This document shows positions 50,278-63,525 of a stretch of 64,000 nucleotides of DNA, in pieces. The position numbers were made by a program, and so were the translations under genes. A model generated the notes under the pieces. That model worked only from the letters and a program-made list of their open reading frames with translations. It had not been told where the DNA came from and did not search any database. The DNA lies in contig CM120646.1 in the NCBI GenBank assembly GCA_051362555.1, positions 6,200,001-6,264,000 of the forward strand. The letters run 5' to 3'. Each line of letters opens with the position of its first letter. Within the stretch, counting starts at the first letter, position 1. This DNA comes from Lingula anatina (lineage: Eukaryota; Animalia; Brachiopoda).

Positions 50278-51461
50278 TGTTTCTTTGTTTTTGTGTCAGT
50301 GAGGTCCATTTTAACCTTTAATTTTCTTTTTGTCATTGTAGGAAGAGTCTCAAGAATCACAGGGATTTGAACAAACCCATTCCATGTCCGCTGAAGATAC
50401 AGCAGAAGATGGTGGATTAGAAATGTAATTAAATGAATTTTATGAAACAAATAGGCCCCATTCAGGCATTTATCTTCATCGTGTCAGGTTACAAGTAAAT
50501 TCCATCTTCCTTTGAAGCTATGTGCATTCGGGTAAACATTCGCCCATTGTCTCAGATAAGCTGTTTGAATAGCTCCACGGGAGCCTGAACGACTTATTAT
50601 CAAGGTAGCACCATTGCTGTGCCTCATTGAAATTCTTTTGTTCTATTGCATGGATAACGCAATTTCTCGCGGTCCCTCGTGGTTGCTATGATACAGCATT
50701 GCCTCCATCTTGCAGTTGCTAGCACATAGACTTGCGCCAACACGTGGAAATTTGTTTCGGGTTTTCAGTATCTTTCCCTGTTACCTCATTAAAACGGGCT
50801 CTGGCCTTTGTCTATACTTGTTATCGTTCCCAAGATTGTATTGATATATGTCGAGCTGATATATAACTTGTTTAAAAGCATGATGACTAATAAAGCCAGG
50901 TAGGTGCCATCCAAATACATCTAGTAACAAGATAATGCAATGTAGCAAGCCAATTACAGTGGTGAGACTTTAATCACAAATGTGATCGCGATCCACTTTT
51001 ATGACCATTACCCAAGTAAATATAATCATGAAGTTTGCATGTGTACATGTCCACATTTATACTTTAATTAAAAGACCAATGAGGGTGTTTGTCCATCGTC
51101 TCTATGCTGTTTAGGGACTCCAATTTAAAAATGAAAAACTATTAATTATCATTCTCAAACTGGAGCAGACCATCGCCGGTAATGTGTAAATATATATATA
51201 TATACTTCAGAGCAGTGTTAATGTCAACTTTGATAAAAGAATATTAAAAGGCCCACAGGTGCGTTTTTGTGTGTAACAAATGTGTTTGTGGTGCCATATT
51301 GCAATGAAAGCCCATATTGAAAGTTTAAAAAATAATAATTATCATTCTCAGGCTGGAGCAGACCATAGCCGGTAATGTGTAAATATATTTATACTTCAAA
51401 GCAGTGTTAATGTCAACTTTGATAAAAGAATATTAAAAGGCAGACCATCGCCGGTAATGTG

Positions 51462-51505
<44 letters not shown>

Positions 51506-51667
51506 GGGCGGATTCAGAGTTATTTCCTGACAGTCTTCCAAATTATCTTTGTTGATCCGTTCTTCCTTTTTGACCGTCTTCCGACAGAAAAAATTAGATA
51601 CCCGCCAATGTAAACTTGAAAATCTGACCGTCTTCTGGAAGACCCAGAAGACGCCCTAAATCCGCCC

Positions 51668-51723
<56 letters not shown>

Positions 51724-54700
51724 TTCAGAGCAGTGTTAATGTCAACTTTGATAAAAGAATATTAAAAGGCCCACAGGTGCGTTTTTGTGCGTAACGAATG
51801 TGTGTGTGGTGCCATATTGCAATGAGAGCCCATATTGAAAGTTAAAGAAATAATAATTTTCATTCTCAGACTGGAGCAGACCATAGCCGGTAATGTGTAA
51901 AATTATATATACTTCAGAGCAGTGTTAATGTCAACTTTGATATAAGAATATTAAAAGGCCCCCAGGTGCGTTTTTGTGCGTCAAGAATGCGTGTGTGTTG
52001 CCCTATTGCAACGAGAGCCCATATTGAAAGTTAAAAATATTAATTATCATTACATAATTCGGGCTCACATGAGCAAGTAACATAAACCTATTCATATAGT
52101 ACACAACAGTGTAAATGCCACCTTTATCTAAACGGTACGTAAAAAATACCAGACCTAAAACGATGTCAGCGAGTTGAATAAATCGGAGAGGAATTGCGTC
52201 ATTTTGATTCAAGACACGATTGAAGGTTTCATTATTGCCGCGTCTCAGGCTAATTTCTCACATAGAGAGAAAAGTTTGACACTAGAAATATTTTCCAATC
52301 GGATCATAGCTGAAAACAAGTATACTACACTACAATTGTACAATTTTGAATGCTCATTTTACGGCAACTAACAAGATTGCCTTTACCACATAGGGCATTT
52401 TGAATTCCTCCATGAACAAACATATCAAATTCTCACATAGTTTCCAAATTGACAGAACAAATTGTACTTATACTTAATCTCTATAAGTTTATTGTCCCAA
52501 CCACCCGAAGGATTGACTCACGTTATCGTGAACTACCTGCCCAAATGACACAAAAAGTCATCGACAACTGCGATATGCTCGCTACCCGTACGGGAGGTCA
52601 CGTGATCCGAACACATGGTTTTGCGAAGAGCTCACGTTAAGCCGATTATCCTTTGATCTAGCTCAGCGTTTCATGTCCTTCTCTTATTATGTCCATGGCT
52701 ATAGTGAAGAGCTTAGTATCAATTTATCTCTGAAGCTCAGGGTGCTATTAGCGGATTAGACAGCAAGCTTTGTAGTGGGTCACCATATTTGTCCCTCGTA
52801 CTAGTTAGTCCCCTATTCTGAATGGGTCCATACATAACCTGAAGCATTTTATGGCTGTTAACCCAGCTCTTTAGGGAAATAGCCCCAGTGCATGTAGTAA
52901 TTTTATGGGTCTGATATTTTACTTGTAGTTCACATGTTTATAACTATGATTGATGAAATTCTTTACTTGATGACATGAATCATCAGTACATTTTTTCAGG
53001 ATCGAAGAAAGATGTGATGAGATGCAACAGCAACATCAAAATGTGTTGGTGCACCAGCAGCAGAAACCGCAGTCCATGTTGCCTCAACCACAGTCAACAA
53101 TGCCTCAATCACAGTCAACATTGCCTCAACAAACAAAACCAGCTGTGTCTCACCCCTCACAGTTCACCATTCCTCAACAGTCACAGTCTCAGTTTGTGTC
53201 ACAACTAACACAATCACACATGCCACAGTTGTCTCAGCAACCCCATTTACAGGTCTTCACCAGACAGTCTCTTCAAACACATCCAAACTCTGACCCTCAG
53301 AATATACAATCAAACCAGGCCCCCTTTCCCACAATGTATGATGCTCAATCCTACAACCCACTGCAGTTAAGACCACCGGAGTCACAAAGTAGCCAAGCTA
53401 TGTTTCAACAATCACAAACCTGTGGTACTCCATCACTTTATACACCACAGTCTTCCAGAGCTGATAAGCAGAGCTTGACTGGCCTTCAGTCTGTGTCACA
53501 ACAACAGCAGCCTAGCACTGTGCAACCCTTGCATTTACCACAGTATTCCAGATCTCAGCAGCTGCAGACCAATCAGTCCCAGCTGAGGGCTGCAGCTATT
53601 AATGTGATGCCTGGGCTTAGAACTCCTCAGAGAAAATCACCACCAAAGCTAGTCATGCCCACAAGACCAAGCAGTATCTTAGATAGAGGGGTAATCTGTT
53701 ATTTCCAGCAGTGATCACTGCAGTTGATTTTTTTTGTCTTTCTTGTGTCATAAATTGTAACATGTGTACATGTAACATATTTTCTTATTATAAGGCATTA
53801 AGCGAATGATACCAGATACGTTTTTTCAGAAAGAATAACTTGAAATTAAAAAAAAAAAAAAAAAAAAAAAACGGTGTTCAACTGAATTCATGGAGTATTG
53901 TACATTTCTATGTTCATTTTGCAGCAACAACAGGGACCAAATAACACTTTACTAAGGCAAGTCCAGAACCAACAACTGCAGAAGAAAGTTGAAACAGCCA
54001 GACAGGTAAATTCAAACTGTGTGATACTTGTACAACATTTCTTTCATTTTATTTGACTTAGTGTTTTAAATACATATATTATATTGACCATAATGGATTG
54101 TGATTTTTGGGTTGTGGACAAAGGTCTGGCAGTAAACAAGAAATTAAAGAAGGGAATTTGAATGAGCCATGTCATTTTTTTAGCAGCCATCACTCAGTAG
54201 TCAGCATCAGTCCAACTGGATGGAGCACCAACAGCCACCAGCTCTGGGGAGGGAGGGAATTGGCAGTCCTCTAGTACATGACCCAGGCTCATACAACAAC
54301 ACCTTCATGCTGCAGACACCTGCTAGGCCAGAACAGCAGCTGATACAGCCTGGTTTGTTCAGTTATGGTGTTTTCAATATCTGGATTTAATAGTAATGAT
54401 CTCCATTAAAGCCAGGGAAGACAAGATATAAAAACATTTAAATAGGAGGTCTTTTTACATAAAATGTATAAAACGTACTAAGATGGGTTAAGTATTTATG
54501 GAAAGTTCATTTTTTAATCGTTGAACCCTGTGATTCCAGTTGTGACACTAATAATAACATGTTTGTTTACAGAGTCAAGTACTGAAAGTTCACCACATCC
54601 CATCACGCAGAGTGAGGCAGGACCTCTAACACCAGGTTTGGTGACATATTTGTCTAGTAATTTTGAACCCTTATTTTTTTAAAATACTACTGTACATGTA

Positions 54701-57172
54701 ATCTTCTTAAGGACAGAACATAGAAAACAGTATAAGTTGACTAGATGTGTGACAGTCCAAAAAAAAAAAAAATGATTAAAATTTAATTTTTGATATAAGA
54801 TATTACTATGTAGATAATTTCTGCAAAAAAAAAATTTTTAATTGTAAAAGTGATATCCCCCTTTTCAAATCTTGCACTGTCAACTTCAAGTTGTATATTG
54901 TATGTTAATTTGTATACTGGTAATGAAAATACCAATTACACAATGGTAATCTACAAGTTGTACAGTATTATACTGTACAAGATCATAATAATCCGTGTAC
55001 CAGTAAAAAAAAAATTAACTGAAAATTGAACTTAGCTGACAAAAAGTAAAGAACTTATAGTGTTTGATAGCTTCATGAAATATAATAAAAGAAAAATTTT
55101 AAATGTATTCATCAGTGTTCAAATCACCCATGTTGAAGGGCTCATTACAGTCTATTTCATTTATTTATTAATATTTTCTGTTGATTTACCTACCCCTGTT
55201 CCAGGCACCCCTCACAGTGATACCAGTATGCCAGATATCCCATTGGATCCAGACAGCCCCTTCAACCTGGAAGGCCATCTGAAGAAGATCCATCTGATAA
55301 GTAACAAGTCCCCCACTGGTCCTACCTTCAACCAGAGACCTATGTTTAAACCTTGTGTAAGTAATTCATGCCTTTGATGTTTGCATCAGGTTGAATGGAA
55401 AGACAAATTGTGGCGGCATTTAATTAAAGCACCTTATCCAAAATGGATAGGAGGCAGATCAAGTATGAATGTCTGGAGGCAAAGTTTGATGTAAATATGT
55501 AGGTTGTACTGTTGTAAACTCCAAAGGAGCATTCTTTTAATAGTGTTACACTGTTTGTAGTTTTTTAACCATACTACTGTAATTCCCAACAGAACTCATT
55601 ACAGTAAAGTTTGAACCTGCATGAATTTTAAAAGTGCATATTATTATTATTATTATATGTTTAAGATATTATACAACATATATTTCATGTTATTACCAAA
55701 ATGTACCTGTTTTTAGCTACCTTCATTTCCAGTCCTCTGACATATATTTACCATTAAATTACTTTAATTTGCTCAGAATTATTTGCATATTTTTTCTGTT
55801 TGTTAATTTTTCTGGACCACAGACACAGAGGGAAGGAGCAGTAGAAATGATGTCATTTGTACATGTCAGTACCACCAGCCCTACTTTCCCAGCTGAAACT
55901 GCTGGTACCATGAGTACTGGTCAGAACAGAGGTCCATCTCCAGGTAAAAAGAACATTCAAAAAATCAAAAAGGAAAAAATGAAGAAATATGTTTGTATAG
56001 TGGAGGTTTTCTGTACGAGGTCAATAGGATCCATAGCAAAATGAATACATATATGCATGCATGTTAAAACTTGTGCTTTAGCATTAATCTGACCCTGGCA
56101 TTGACTTTTTTTCCTTCTTTCCAGTTGTTTATATTTGATTTTATAATCCCCGTTATTATAAACTCAAGTAATAATTACAGATGCAAGAGGCCATCTACCA
56201 AATCAGACAAATAACAGGCAGCAAAATTTGAATCCCAAACCAAGAGAAGAACCCATGTTTAAAATGCCATCAACACCAATATCAGGTATTCCATGCAGAA
56301 ATTTTCATTTTCTTTATGAAATTATTGTATTTATTTGTTTTTGAATATTTTTAACCTACTGGTATCCTTTTCATGTTTTTTTGTTGGTTCATTTTGGATC
56401 TCAAAGGAATGGTGGATAAATGCTAGTAAATTTTTGAAAATGAGGAAATTTTGTTATTTGCATTTTTTTTTAGCCAACTGGAAATTTACATAATCTTTTA
56501 TTCATTTTATGAATTTGGAGCCCAGCTTCACATTATTCACTGTAACCATTGTTTGATGATTACCTGGGAACCTATTTTCCAATTTTACACCTTACAGAAG
56601 CCAAGAAGTCCCCCACATATCTCAGGCCCTCCACGTCTAAAGTCCCAAAACACATGGGGCAGGGAGATGGGCAGCCAGCATTCCAGCAAACGTATGGAGG
56701 TCCCCAGGCTTCATTGGTCAACAGATGTGGGTCTGGGGAAGATAGGGGTAAACAGACTGGCTCAGAACCAAATCCCAGCAGTCAGCCAAACTTTCTGACC
56801 AGTGATGGAGATTCATCTGATGCATTTGATGTTTTCTGCAGTGGTGCTGGTGGTGCTGGTGCTGGAAATCCCAGCGCCTCTCCAAAGTTTTGTTTTGGCG
56901 ACACAGAAAGCAACGGTGACTCTGCCTTGGCCCTGTTTGGTTGCAGTGAGGCAGACTTGCAAGGTGGAGATAAGTCTGGAGCAGCTTCCCCGTTTGGTTT
57001 CTTTAAGGACAACAACAGTGACCCTAACTCACCATTTAATTTCGGTGGCATGGGTGATGGCAGTCTCCCCTTGTTAATGTTTGGGGAGAAAGACGATGGG
57101 GAAACTGAAGACTTTGGCTTGGGGTCCAACACACAGGATGATAATAGTTATCTTAGTATCTTTGGGAATTAA
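45928..57172 (+). CDS. SIX6OS1: SIX6OS1/C14orf39-like synaptonemal complex central element protein (N-terminal coiled coil, Q/P/S-rich disordered middle, Phe-rich acidic tail), 17 coding exons, 907 aa
   Basis: Exons: 45928-45967, 46716-46772, 47285-47411, 47835-47924, 48166-48250, 48618-48735, 49330-49381, 49965-50079, 50342-50424, 53000-53690, 53925-54005, 54184-54352, 54573-54635, 55205-55356, 55823-55943, 56181-56285, 56598-57172. All phases chain into one 2724-nt open frame. The N-terminus (MSSVDLDKVIKDLEFENSQ...RLHEATFQLDEDI...SCGSLKQTTDLLAQH...EKERAEYDGVVAHYAAMWQDYEATYKQFPLAK...AFNSLSEFVVEL) matches human SIX6OS1 as I recall it (SLDRLLLEFVF...RIHE...DEEI...CRNWKPTCDVFRKH...EKDKEMY...Y...Y...YSETPF...PFPSLTKW). 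The gene model is more certain than the name. Confidence 0.8.
49382..49964 (+). other. U12-type (minor spliceosome) GT-AG intron 7 of the SIX6OS1-like gene
   Basis: 5' splice site GTATCCTTT at 49382; branch site TCCTTAAC at 49945-49952; AG at 49963-49964, 13 nt after the branch A. Splicing keeps the frame (TT|A = Leu). Confidence 0.9.
50452..52832. mobile_element. Probable ~2.4-kb non-autonomous TIR element with internal ~190-bp tandem repeats, in intron 9 of the SIX6OS1-like gene
   Basis: Short inverted ends GGCCCCATTCAG / CTGAATGGGTCC; tandem units (CATTCTCAGACTGGAGCAGACCATAGCCGGTAATGTG...) at 51130-52050. Confidence 0.5.
51503..51670. mobile_element. hAT5-like MITE inserted in a (TA)n microsatellite
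   Basis: CAGGGGCGGATT...AATCCGCCCCTG flanked by (TA)n on both sides. Confidence 0.75.
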
Positions 57173-58073
57173 AATTGTTTTAGGAGAGTGGTAGATCCAG
57201 GACGGTGGGATGGGGGCAGAGAGGCACGTGCAGCCCCAGGTTGGAGCCCCCCCCTCCCCCCCTCTATTACTATTACTATTTTTACGTTTGCTTTTACTAT
57301 TGCCCAGTGAAGCAAGGTATAATTTGTATGTTTGTGTACCCCTCCACCTCTTCCTATCTCCATTGGTATTTAAGATGTACTACTACATGTATTGACTATT
57401 GTATTTTGTTCACATTAATGAAATGTTTATTAATAGAGAGTATTCCACGAAGGGGGTGTTTTTCTGGTTAGTTGTATCATTTTATTGGTGACGGGTTAAG
57501 AATACAAATATGTATTCAGCTGGAAATATATACGATGTTTTCATTGGTGTCACTGTGATTTGTGTTGAAAAAAATTTACAGGCATTTACAGTTACATTGT
57601 TATACATTTGGGACAACTCTTCAATTTTTGACGGGAAAAGTGTCTTAAAACGGATTTTCCTAGGGTATACCACGATTTTCCATCCTTTTCAGTGGTTAAT
57701 GAATTCGTTCCCACGTTCAAAGTAAGGCGATCGGTTTTTCTACTGAGTAAAGTGTGTTTTTTGTACGGAGGGTAGCCATCTGTGAAGGTCCTCGTGGTCC
57801 GATGGCAAGCACAAATTTCAGAATAATTGCTGTTTTGATGGTGAAATGGCATTCATCATATTTTTGTGTTGTTTACAATGTATTTAGTGTGGAATTTTGA
57901 ATCTCGTATGAATAGTTATCCCTATAAGCTAGGGGTATTTTACACATTGCTGTCACTAAATTTGATGTCTAAATATTAATTATTTACTTCTTTGTCCTGC
58001 AAACTTGTTTTCTTCATATTTGTCGTTTGCTGTAACTGTTTTATTATCAATCTATTGCTGTTGTGTTTTGGAG

Positions 58074-58079
58074 AATAAA
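58074..58079 (+). terminator. Candidate polyadenylation signal AATAAA of the SIX6OS1-like gene
   Basis: AATAAA at the end of a ~900-nt U-rich stretch after the stop codon at 57172. Confidence 0.45.
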
Positions 58080-58524
58080 GTTAGATCACCTTCATCAGAA
58101 GTCGTTGCATCTACCTGTATTTTACACTTTCATTATCTCATATCTCGTTTTCTCTTCTGCATAATTTTCCAAACCTAGCGACCTGGCACCCGACCCAGTT
58201 CATTCCTGAATAACAATGTTACAAAACAATGACATATCGATGTTAAAATAATGAGGTGAACGCAGCAACAGGCACGATTTGGATGTTATCACGTTGATCG
58301 TTCGCGGGTTTTAAATACGAAAACAAACAAACGGGCAACTTAAGAGGTACAGTACAGTAGGGTTTGGGCTTATAGCCTGCTATCATTTATAAGCAAAATC
58401 AGAATACATTAAAATTTACGATTGACATATAAGTGTTTATTTTAATAAAAAAAACTTAAAGTGAACTCACCTGGTTTGGGGTAGGGGGTAAACCAGACAA
58501 AATGCTTGAATTTGCAGGCACTCA

Positions 58525-58748
58525 GGGTGCGCTCACAATGAAACTATCGTACTAGGCTGTTCGAACCAACTCCGCGGGGACTGTCACTGATTGCAGTAAG
58601 ATTTATACGCCTCCTGGCATTGAGTAGAATATAGAAAAGCTGGTGATCATGTGAGTGAGCTGCATACAAGAGGAGGTGTGTCCATCTGATTGCATTCAGC
58701 GAGACTCCCCGAGGTACCTAGCATGATAGTTTCATTGCGGACGCACCT
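58525..58748. mobile_element. Related Harbinger-like MITE (family B)
   Basis: TIR GGGTGCGCTCACAATGAAACTATC / GATAGTTTCATTGCGGACGCACC. The core (AGTAGAATA..AAAAGC..GGAGG) is shared with ~8925-9155, ~28300-28760, ~39100-39370, ~40407-40773 and ~42165-42330. Confidence 0.65.
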
Positions 58749-59812
58749 CAACTTTCCCCTCGAAATAAATAAAATACTGTTCATTTGTATTATACCCGTC
58801 ATATACAGTGTACACAGGTATATATTTTGCATTGTACATGTATTCAGTATCGTTACTATTGTTATTTCTTGCACGTATGTTCGAAGTTATTGCTATTTGT
58901 ATGGACATTACATTTAAAACAAAGGAAAAATAAACAACTTGAATGATTATTTAAAAAAACATGAGAGAATAATTTTTTAAAAATAAATTGTTTTGCGCAA
59001 AAATATACAGTCTTCTCTAAAAGCCCCTCCTTGATTTTCCCCTCGAAGCTCTTTTGATTGTCACACCTTTTTTATTTGGGAAAATAAATAACAAACTTAA
59101 AAAGAAGGCAGCCCAGCTTTGAACTATTCATCATTATCGCCAGTGCCATGGACCAACATGTGTTAATAAATCCCCCCAATCGGATCATGAATGACTCACC
59201 GCACCTGAGCAAGCGATACCCTTAATGTCACATTCAACAATCAGAACAAAGAGTGCTCTAATGCTCCTAACGCTTCACTTCTATTTAAATCACCTTGACA
59301 GTGTTGCATAAAATGGCGAGGGTGCAGGGCACATAACGTGGCCCAGCGCGACCTGTTGCACAACGAGCAAACAACGTTGGCTTGGTGAGAAGCGTCATGA
59401 GGGGAATACTTAAAGCTTGATAGCGATGAAGCTGCACTAATTTCACTTTCAGATTAAATCAGATGGAATTATGCATGCTGCCACTTTGGGTTGATTTATT
59501 CACACTTCGCTACTTCTTTAAGATCATTTCTATGGCTTACTACATTATTTTACTAAAATTTTTAAGTGATTGACGTTTAAGGAAAACTGAATGCAATGAA
59601 AATACACAATAGATAAACTCAAGGTTTCTATGTCTCATTTACCGTTAGGTATAAAATTGATGTCAGGCCCGTAGCCAACAATTGGAAAAAAGGGGGGGGA
59701 GGGGGGCGTCTTTTTCTGAAAATGTGGACCTTTTGTAATGAAACTTAAGTTTACCAAGATCAAATTTACCCAGAGTGGGCCTTTTCTCTGCAAAGAAGCG
59801 GGTTCTTTCGAG

Positions 59813-59848
<36 letters not shown>

Positions 59849-60547
59849 AACCCCTTCCCTGGTTACGAGCCTGGTTACGACCCTTTTTATTATTTCTAAT
59901 ATTTACTCGACCACAAATCTATTATATTTGACTTTTGACCTAATTTTGCACAATCACTCTTTTTGTCGACGGCAGTTCCGTTCTGTTAGCAATTTATTGA
60001 ATTTGTCATTATTTTGTGATTTATTTCGGTAGAGAATTTTTATTCGTGACGGATGCGTTTAAGAAACTTTATCCAACGGTTTATTCGACCAGACCTTGGG
60101 TTTTGATCAAGTCTTTTTTTTTTTTTTTTTGGCAAGTAAGTACTTACTAGAGAGGGAATAGTAAAGGCAGGCTGGTTATTTAGAGTATTTATCAGGCCTG
60201 TAGCCAGCAATAACAAATAGTTTTTTTTTTCTATTTCTGAAAAAATTGTCCCTTTAGTCGACCCAGCTTGTGAGATGACATAGAACCTGGATGAAATTTT
60301 GATTTAGGAAGGACGCTTTCCGGCCGAAAGGGGTTTTCCTGCGAACACGTCTACTTGGCTACGGTCTGGTTTATTACGAAAAACTAAAAAAGATATTTTA
60401 ACAAAAAAAATGTGTGTTGCACAACATTGATTACAGCAACAAGCAAGTGGAAAAATAAAACTGAAATGACCTTGAGGAATATAGATTCCCACATATATTT
60501 TGAGGTATAAGCAAATTATTGACAGACACACTCTGCAACTCATCCGT

Positions 60548-60593
<46 letters not shown>

Positions 60594-61400
60594 AATCTGT
60601 GTAGATCCGTAAAGAATGAACAGAATGGAAAATGATAACATTAAAAAGGAGTTTTCGAAGTATTTTGTAAAGCAAGTGCATAATTGTTTGAAATTAAAAC
60701 AATTTTGATATACATGTACAACAATAATGTGCATCCACTGAAATTTTAAGAATAACATCCAACAAAAAGGGTGATAAATATGCCAGAAAAAATATTTAAA
60801 AAATGGTTTTGAGATTAATCAGTAAGTCTGTATTTGAAGAATTCTTTGCACCACTTAATTTTTCAAAAACTTTTTTTATTTTATTTATTATCTCATTTTG
60901 AAGCTGACTTTTTGTTATATTTTTACGCTCAGAAATCTCTCACGCTGTAAATTTGTCACCCCCCCCCCTAAAAAAAATAATAATCAAATGGTAAAAATCC
61001 CAATCGACATTTAAATAAAACAACTATATAAAAATTATATTAAAACAAAAATAAAATTCGTCTACCGACCCTGTTCACAAGGAGTCACCCGCCATAATAA
61101 AGCTGTCAATTTTGCCCCGTCTTATCAATAAAGCCCCCCCCCTCTCCCCTTCTATAACCTCGAACCCTTTAATCTCGTGAGTTTTCTAGACTGGTTGAGT
61201 ACACTTATGCAAGAAAGTCTAAGTACTTAGTGTGTATAAAATAAACAAAGGCGGCTTTCGGCATGGGTCATGGACTTGATATGAGGTAAACTAGTCCAAG
61301 TTCATCGTTTGAACTTTGTCATATACTTGTATAGAGGAGTTCCAGACTTAATTTTACATAACCAAATGCCCCATGAATGTTCTCTTTCCTGAGACAGTTT

Positions 61401-61639
61401 CAGTGGTGAATTTAGGAGGGGGCGGGAGGGCGATCTTAACCTATATTCCTATATATAAAGAGCACACCAATATTCCTCTCTTTAAATTACTATTTTGACT
61501 AGTTGAATCATAGATTCAAACCGTACTAAATGGCCCAGTTTATCCTACAAAACATCCTAAATTATCGGGGCCCTTCCGCGGGCCCCTGACCCCACACCAA
61601 GGGGACGAGGATCGGCTTCGCATCCGAGCCCTGCATTCC

Positions 61640-61674
<35 letters not shown>

Positions 61675-61710
61675 AACCGCCCCCTTCAAAAAATCCTGGA
61701 TCCGCCCCTG
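61401..61710. mobile_element. hAT5-like MITE, 5-bp TSD AGTTT
   Basis: CAGTGGTGAATTTAGG...CCTGGATCCGCCCCTG flanked by AGTTT. Confidence 0.7.
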
Positions 61711-62095
61711 AGTTTAGAGGGGTGAATATATATATTTTCATTCATTTTTTCTATCCATATATCACGCTCATACATCATATTTTATAATCGTGCGTCCCTT
61801 AATCGAATTAAATGGTTATGGGACTTCCGTAATAAAAAAATCAAACATGAAGGGCTTATTTACGAGAATAATGGATACCAAAGAAACTTCATGCTTTACA
61901 GAATTGCTTTATTTTCATAAGGCAGAAAAATCAGAGTTAATTTCTATGGACATAGAATTTTTTTAGTCCTATAAATTATTAAATTGTCACTTTTATGCGT
62001 ATATTTCATAATGTGATGTAAATTATTGCCAAATGTAATATAAGACCTGGAGCCTATCACACAGAATAAAGTCATTTATAAATTATCATCATAAT

Positions 62096-62412
62096 CAGGC
62101 CTACCCAACTTCCAGACTCGGCACCGATTGATCCTGAATTCACCGGTAGATCAGACCACACTACCCGTTTTCATGGTGTGTGTCAGATCGCATTACACAG
62201 TATCAGACGCGACACCGCTCTTGTCTTGTACGCGATGTGATAGTGACAATTCTCAGCGGGGTTGAAAAGCATTGCATCACCACTCAAAATTTGTTCAGGG
62301 TATGATACTGTGTAATGCGATCTGACACACACCTTGAAAACGGGTAGTGTGGTCTGATCTACCGGTGAATTCAGGATCATTCGGTGCCGAGTCTGGTAGT
62401 TGGGTAGGCCTG
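62096..62412. mobile_element. Foldback MITE with ~120-bp near-perfect arms, 5-bp TSD ATAAT
   Basis: CAGGCCTACCCAACT...AGTTGGGTAGGCCTG flanked by ATAAT. Confidence 0.85.
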
Positions 62413-63525
62413 ATAATGTCTCGTAGTTTTTCAACGGGCCCTTGAAGGCTATAAGAACTTCTACATTTGATACATGAAAAATCTACTTTACATAATTATA
62501 AGATAATAACAAAAGAGTCTTTGAAATTACTTTTTTAGAAAAACGAATAAATTAAGTTTTAAAAATAATAACCTTGGATAAGTGCAGCATTTAAAAGGTC
62601 CCCATTACCTTTTACATATAAGAATGTCCTCATTTCATAAATATGAAAAAGCGCCAAATACCGCGTCAACCACAAATATAGCCACCAGGGACGTCAGTTG
62701 AATGAATCGGTTAGGTACTTGACTTAAGCTAAGTTTAACAAAAGGGAGGCACGAAATTTGAAAGCAAAATTATTATTTGTGATTGGCTGAAAATTTAATG
62801 TATAAATTCCATGAAATAGTCTAATCAAGCTGGTTTTCAAACTCAAGCTGTATTTCATTCCTTATAATCTTATCTGTAAGTTTGAGAATAATAAATAACA
62901 TGTTTTTTTAATGGTTATTATGGTGGCCAGTGGCCAAAATAGGGTTTAATTTTGATGCAATATCACGGAATAACATAATTAACACCGATTTTTAATATTA
63001 TGATATAAGTATCATAGATATTCAGAAAATGTGACCAGCAAACGTATTCAGGCACACAAAAGTCCAAATCCACCCAGTAAATGCCAATATGTGAAAAATT
63101 AACATTTCACAAAAAACTGCATAACTTCCAGAAAGGTAATCCGATCAGGCTGGTTTTCAAACTCCAGCTGAAATAATAGTCCAATCACGATGAGTTTTGG
63201 AACTCGACCTATGAGCTGTGAATATTCATCAGTTCAATAAGTTTCAAGACAACAGGTCAAACAGTTTTCCACCTATCGTGTCATCTATAAAAGTGAACAG
63301 CGACGACAGCAAAGACGCTGGCCGCGACAACAGATACAGGCGATGGCTATATATACTGACACGATAAAAAGTGCAGCAACCCACAAATAAATAGATAAAT
63401 AAATAAATACGTTTTTCTTAGCTTTGAAAATGAAGTCAAATTGAATAGTAATGATACTGGGATAATGAAAGTTCAAGGAGAGATCGTTTATTTTCTGTTT
63501 ATCCGTTCAATTTGAGCACAGATAT

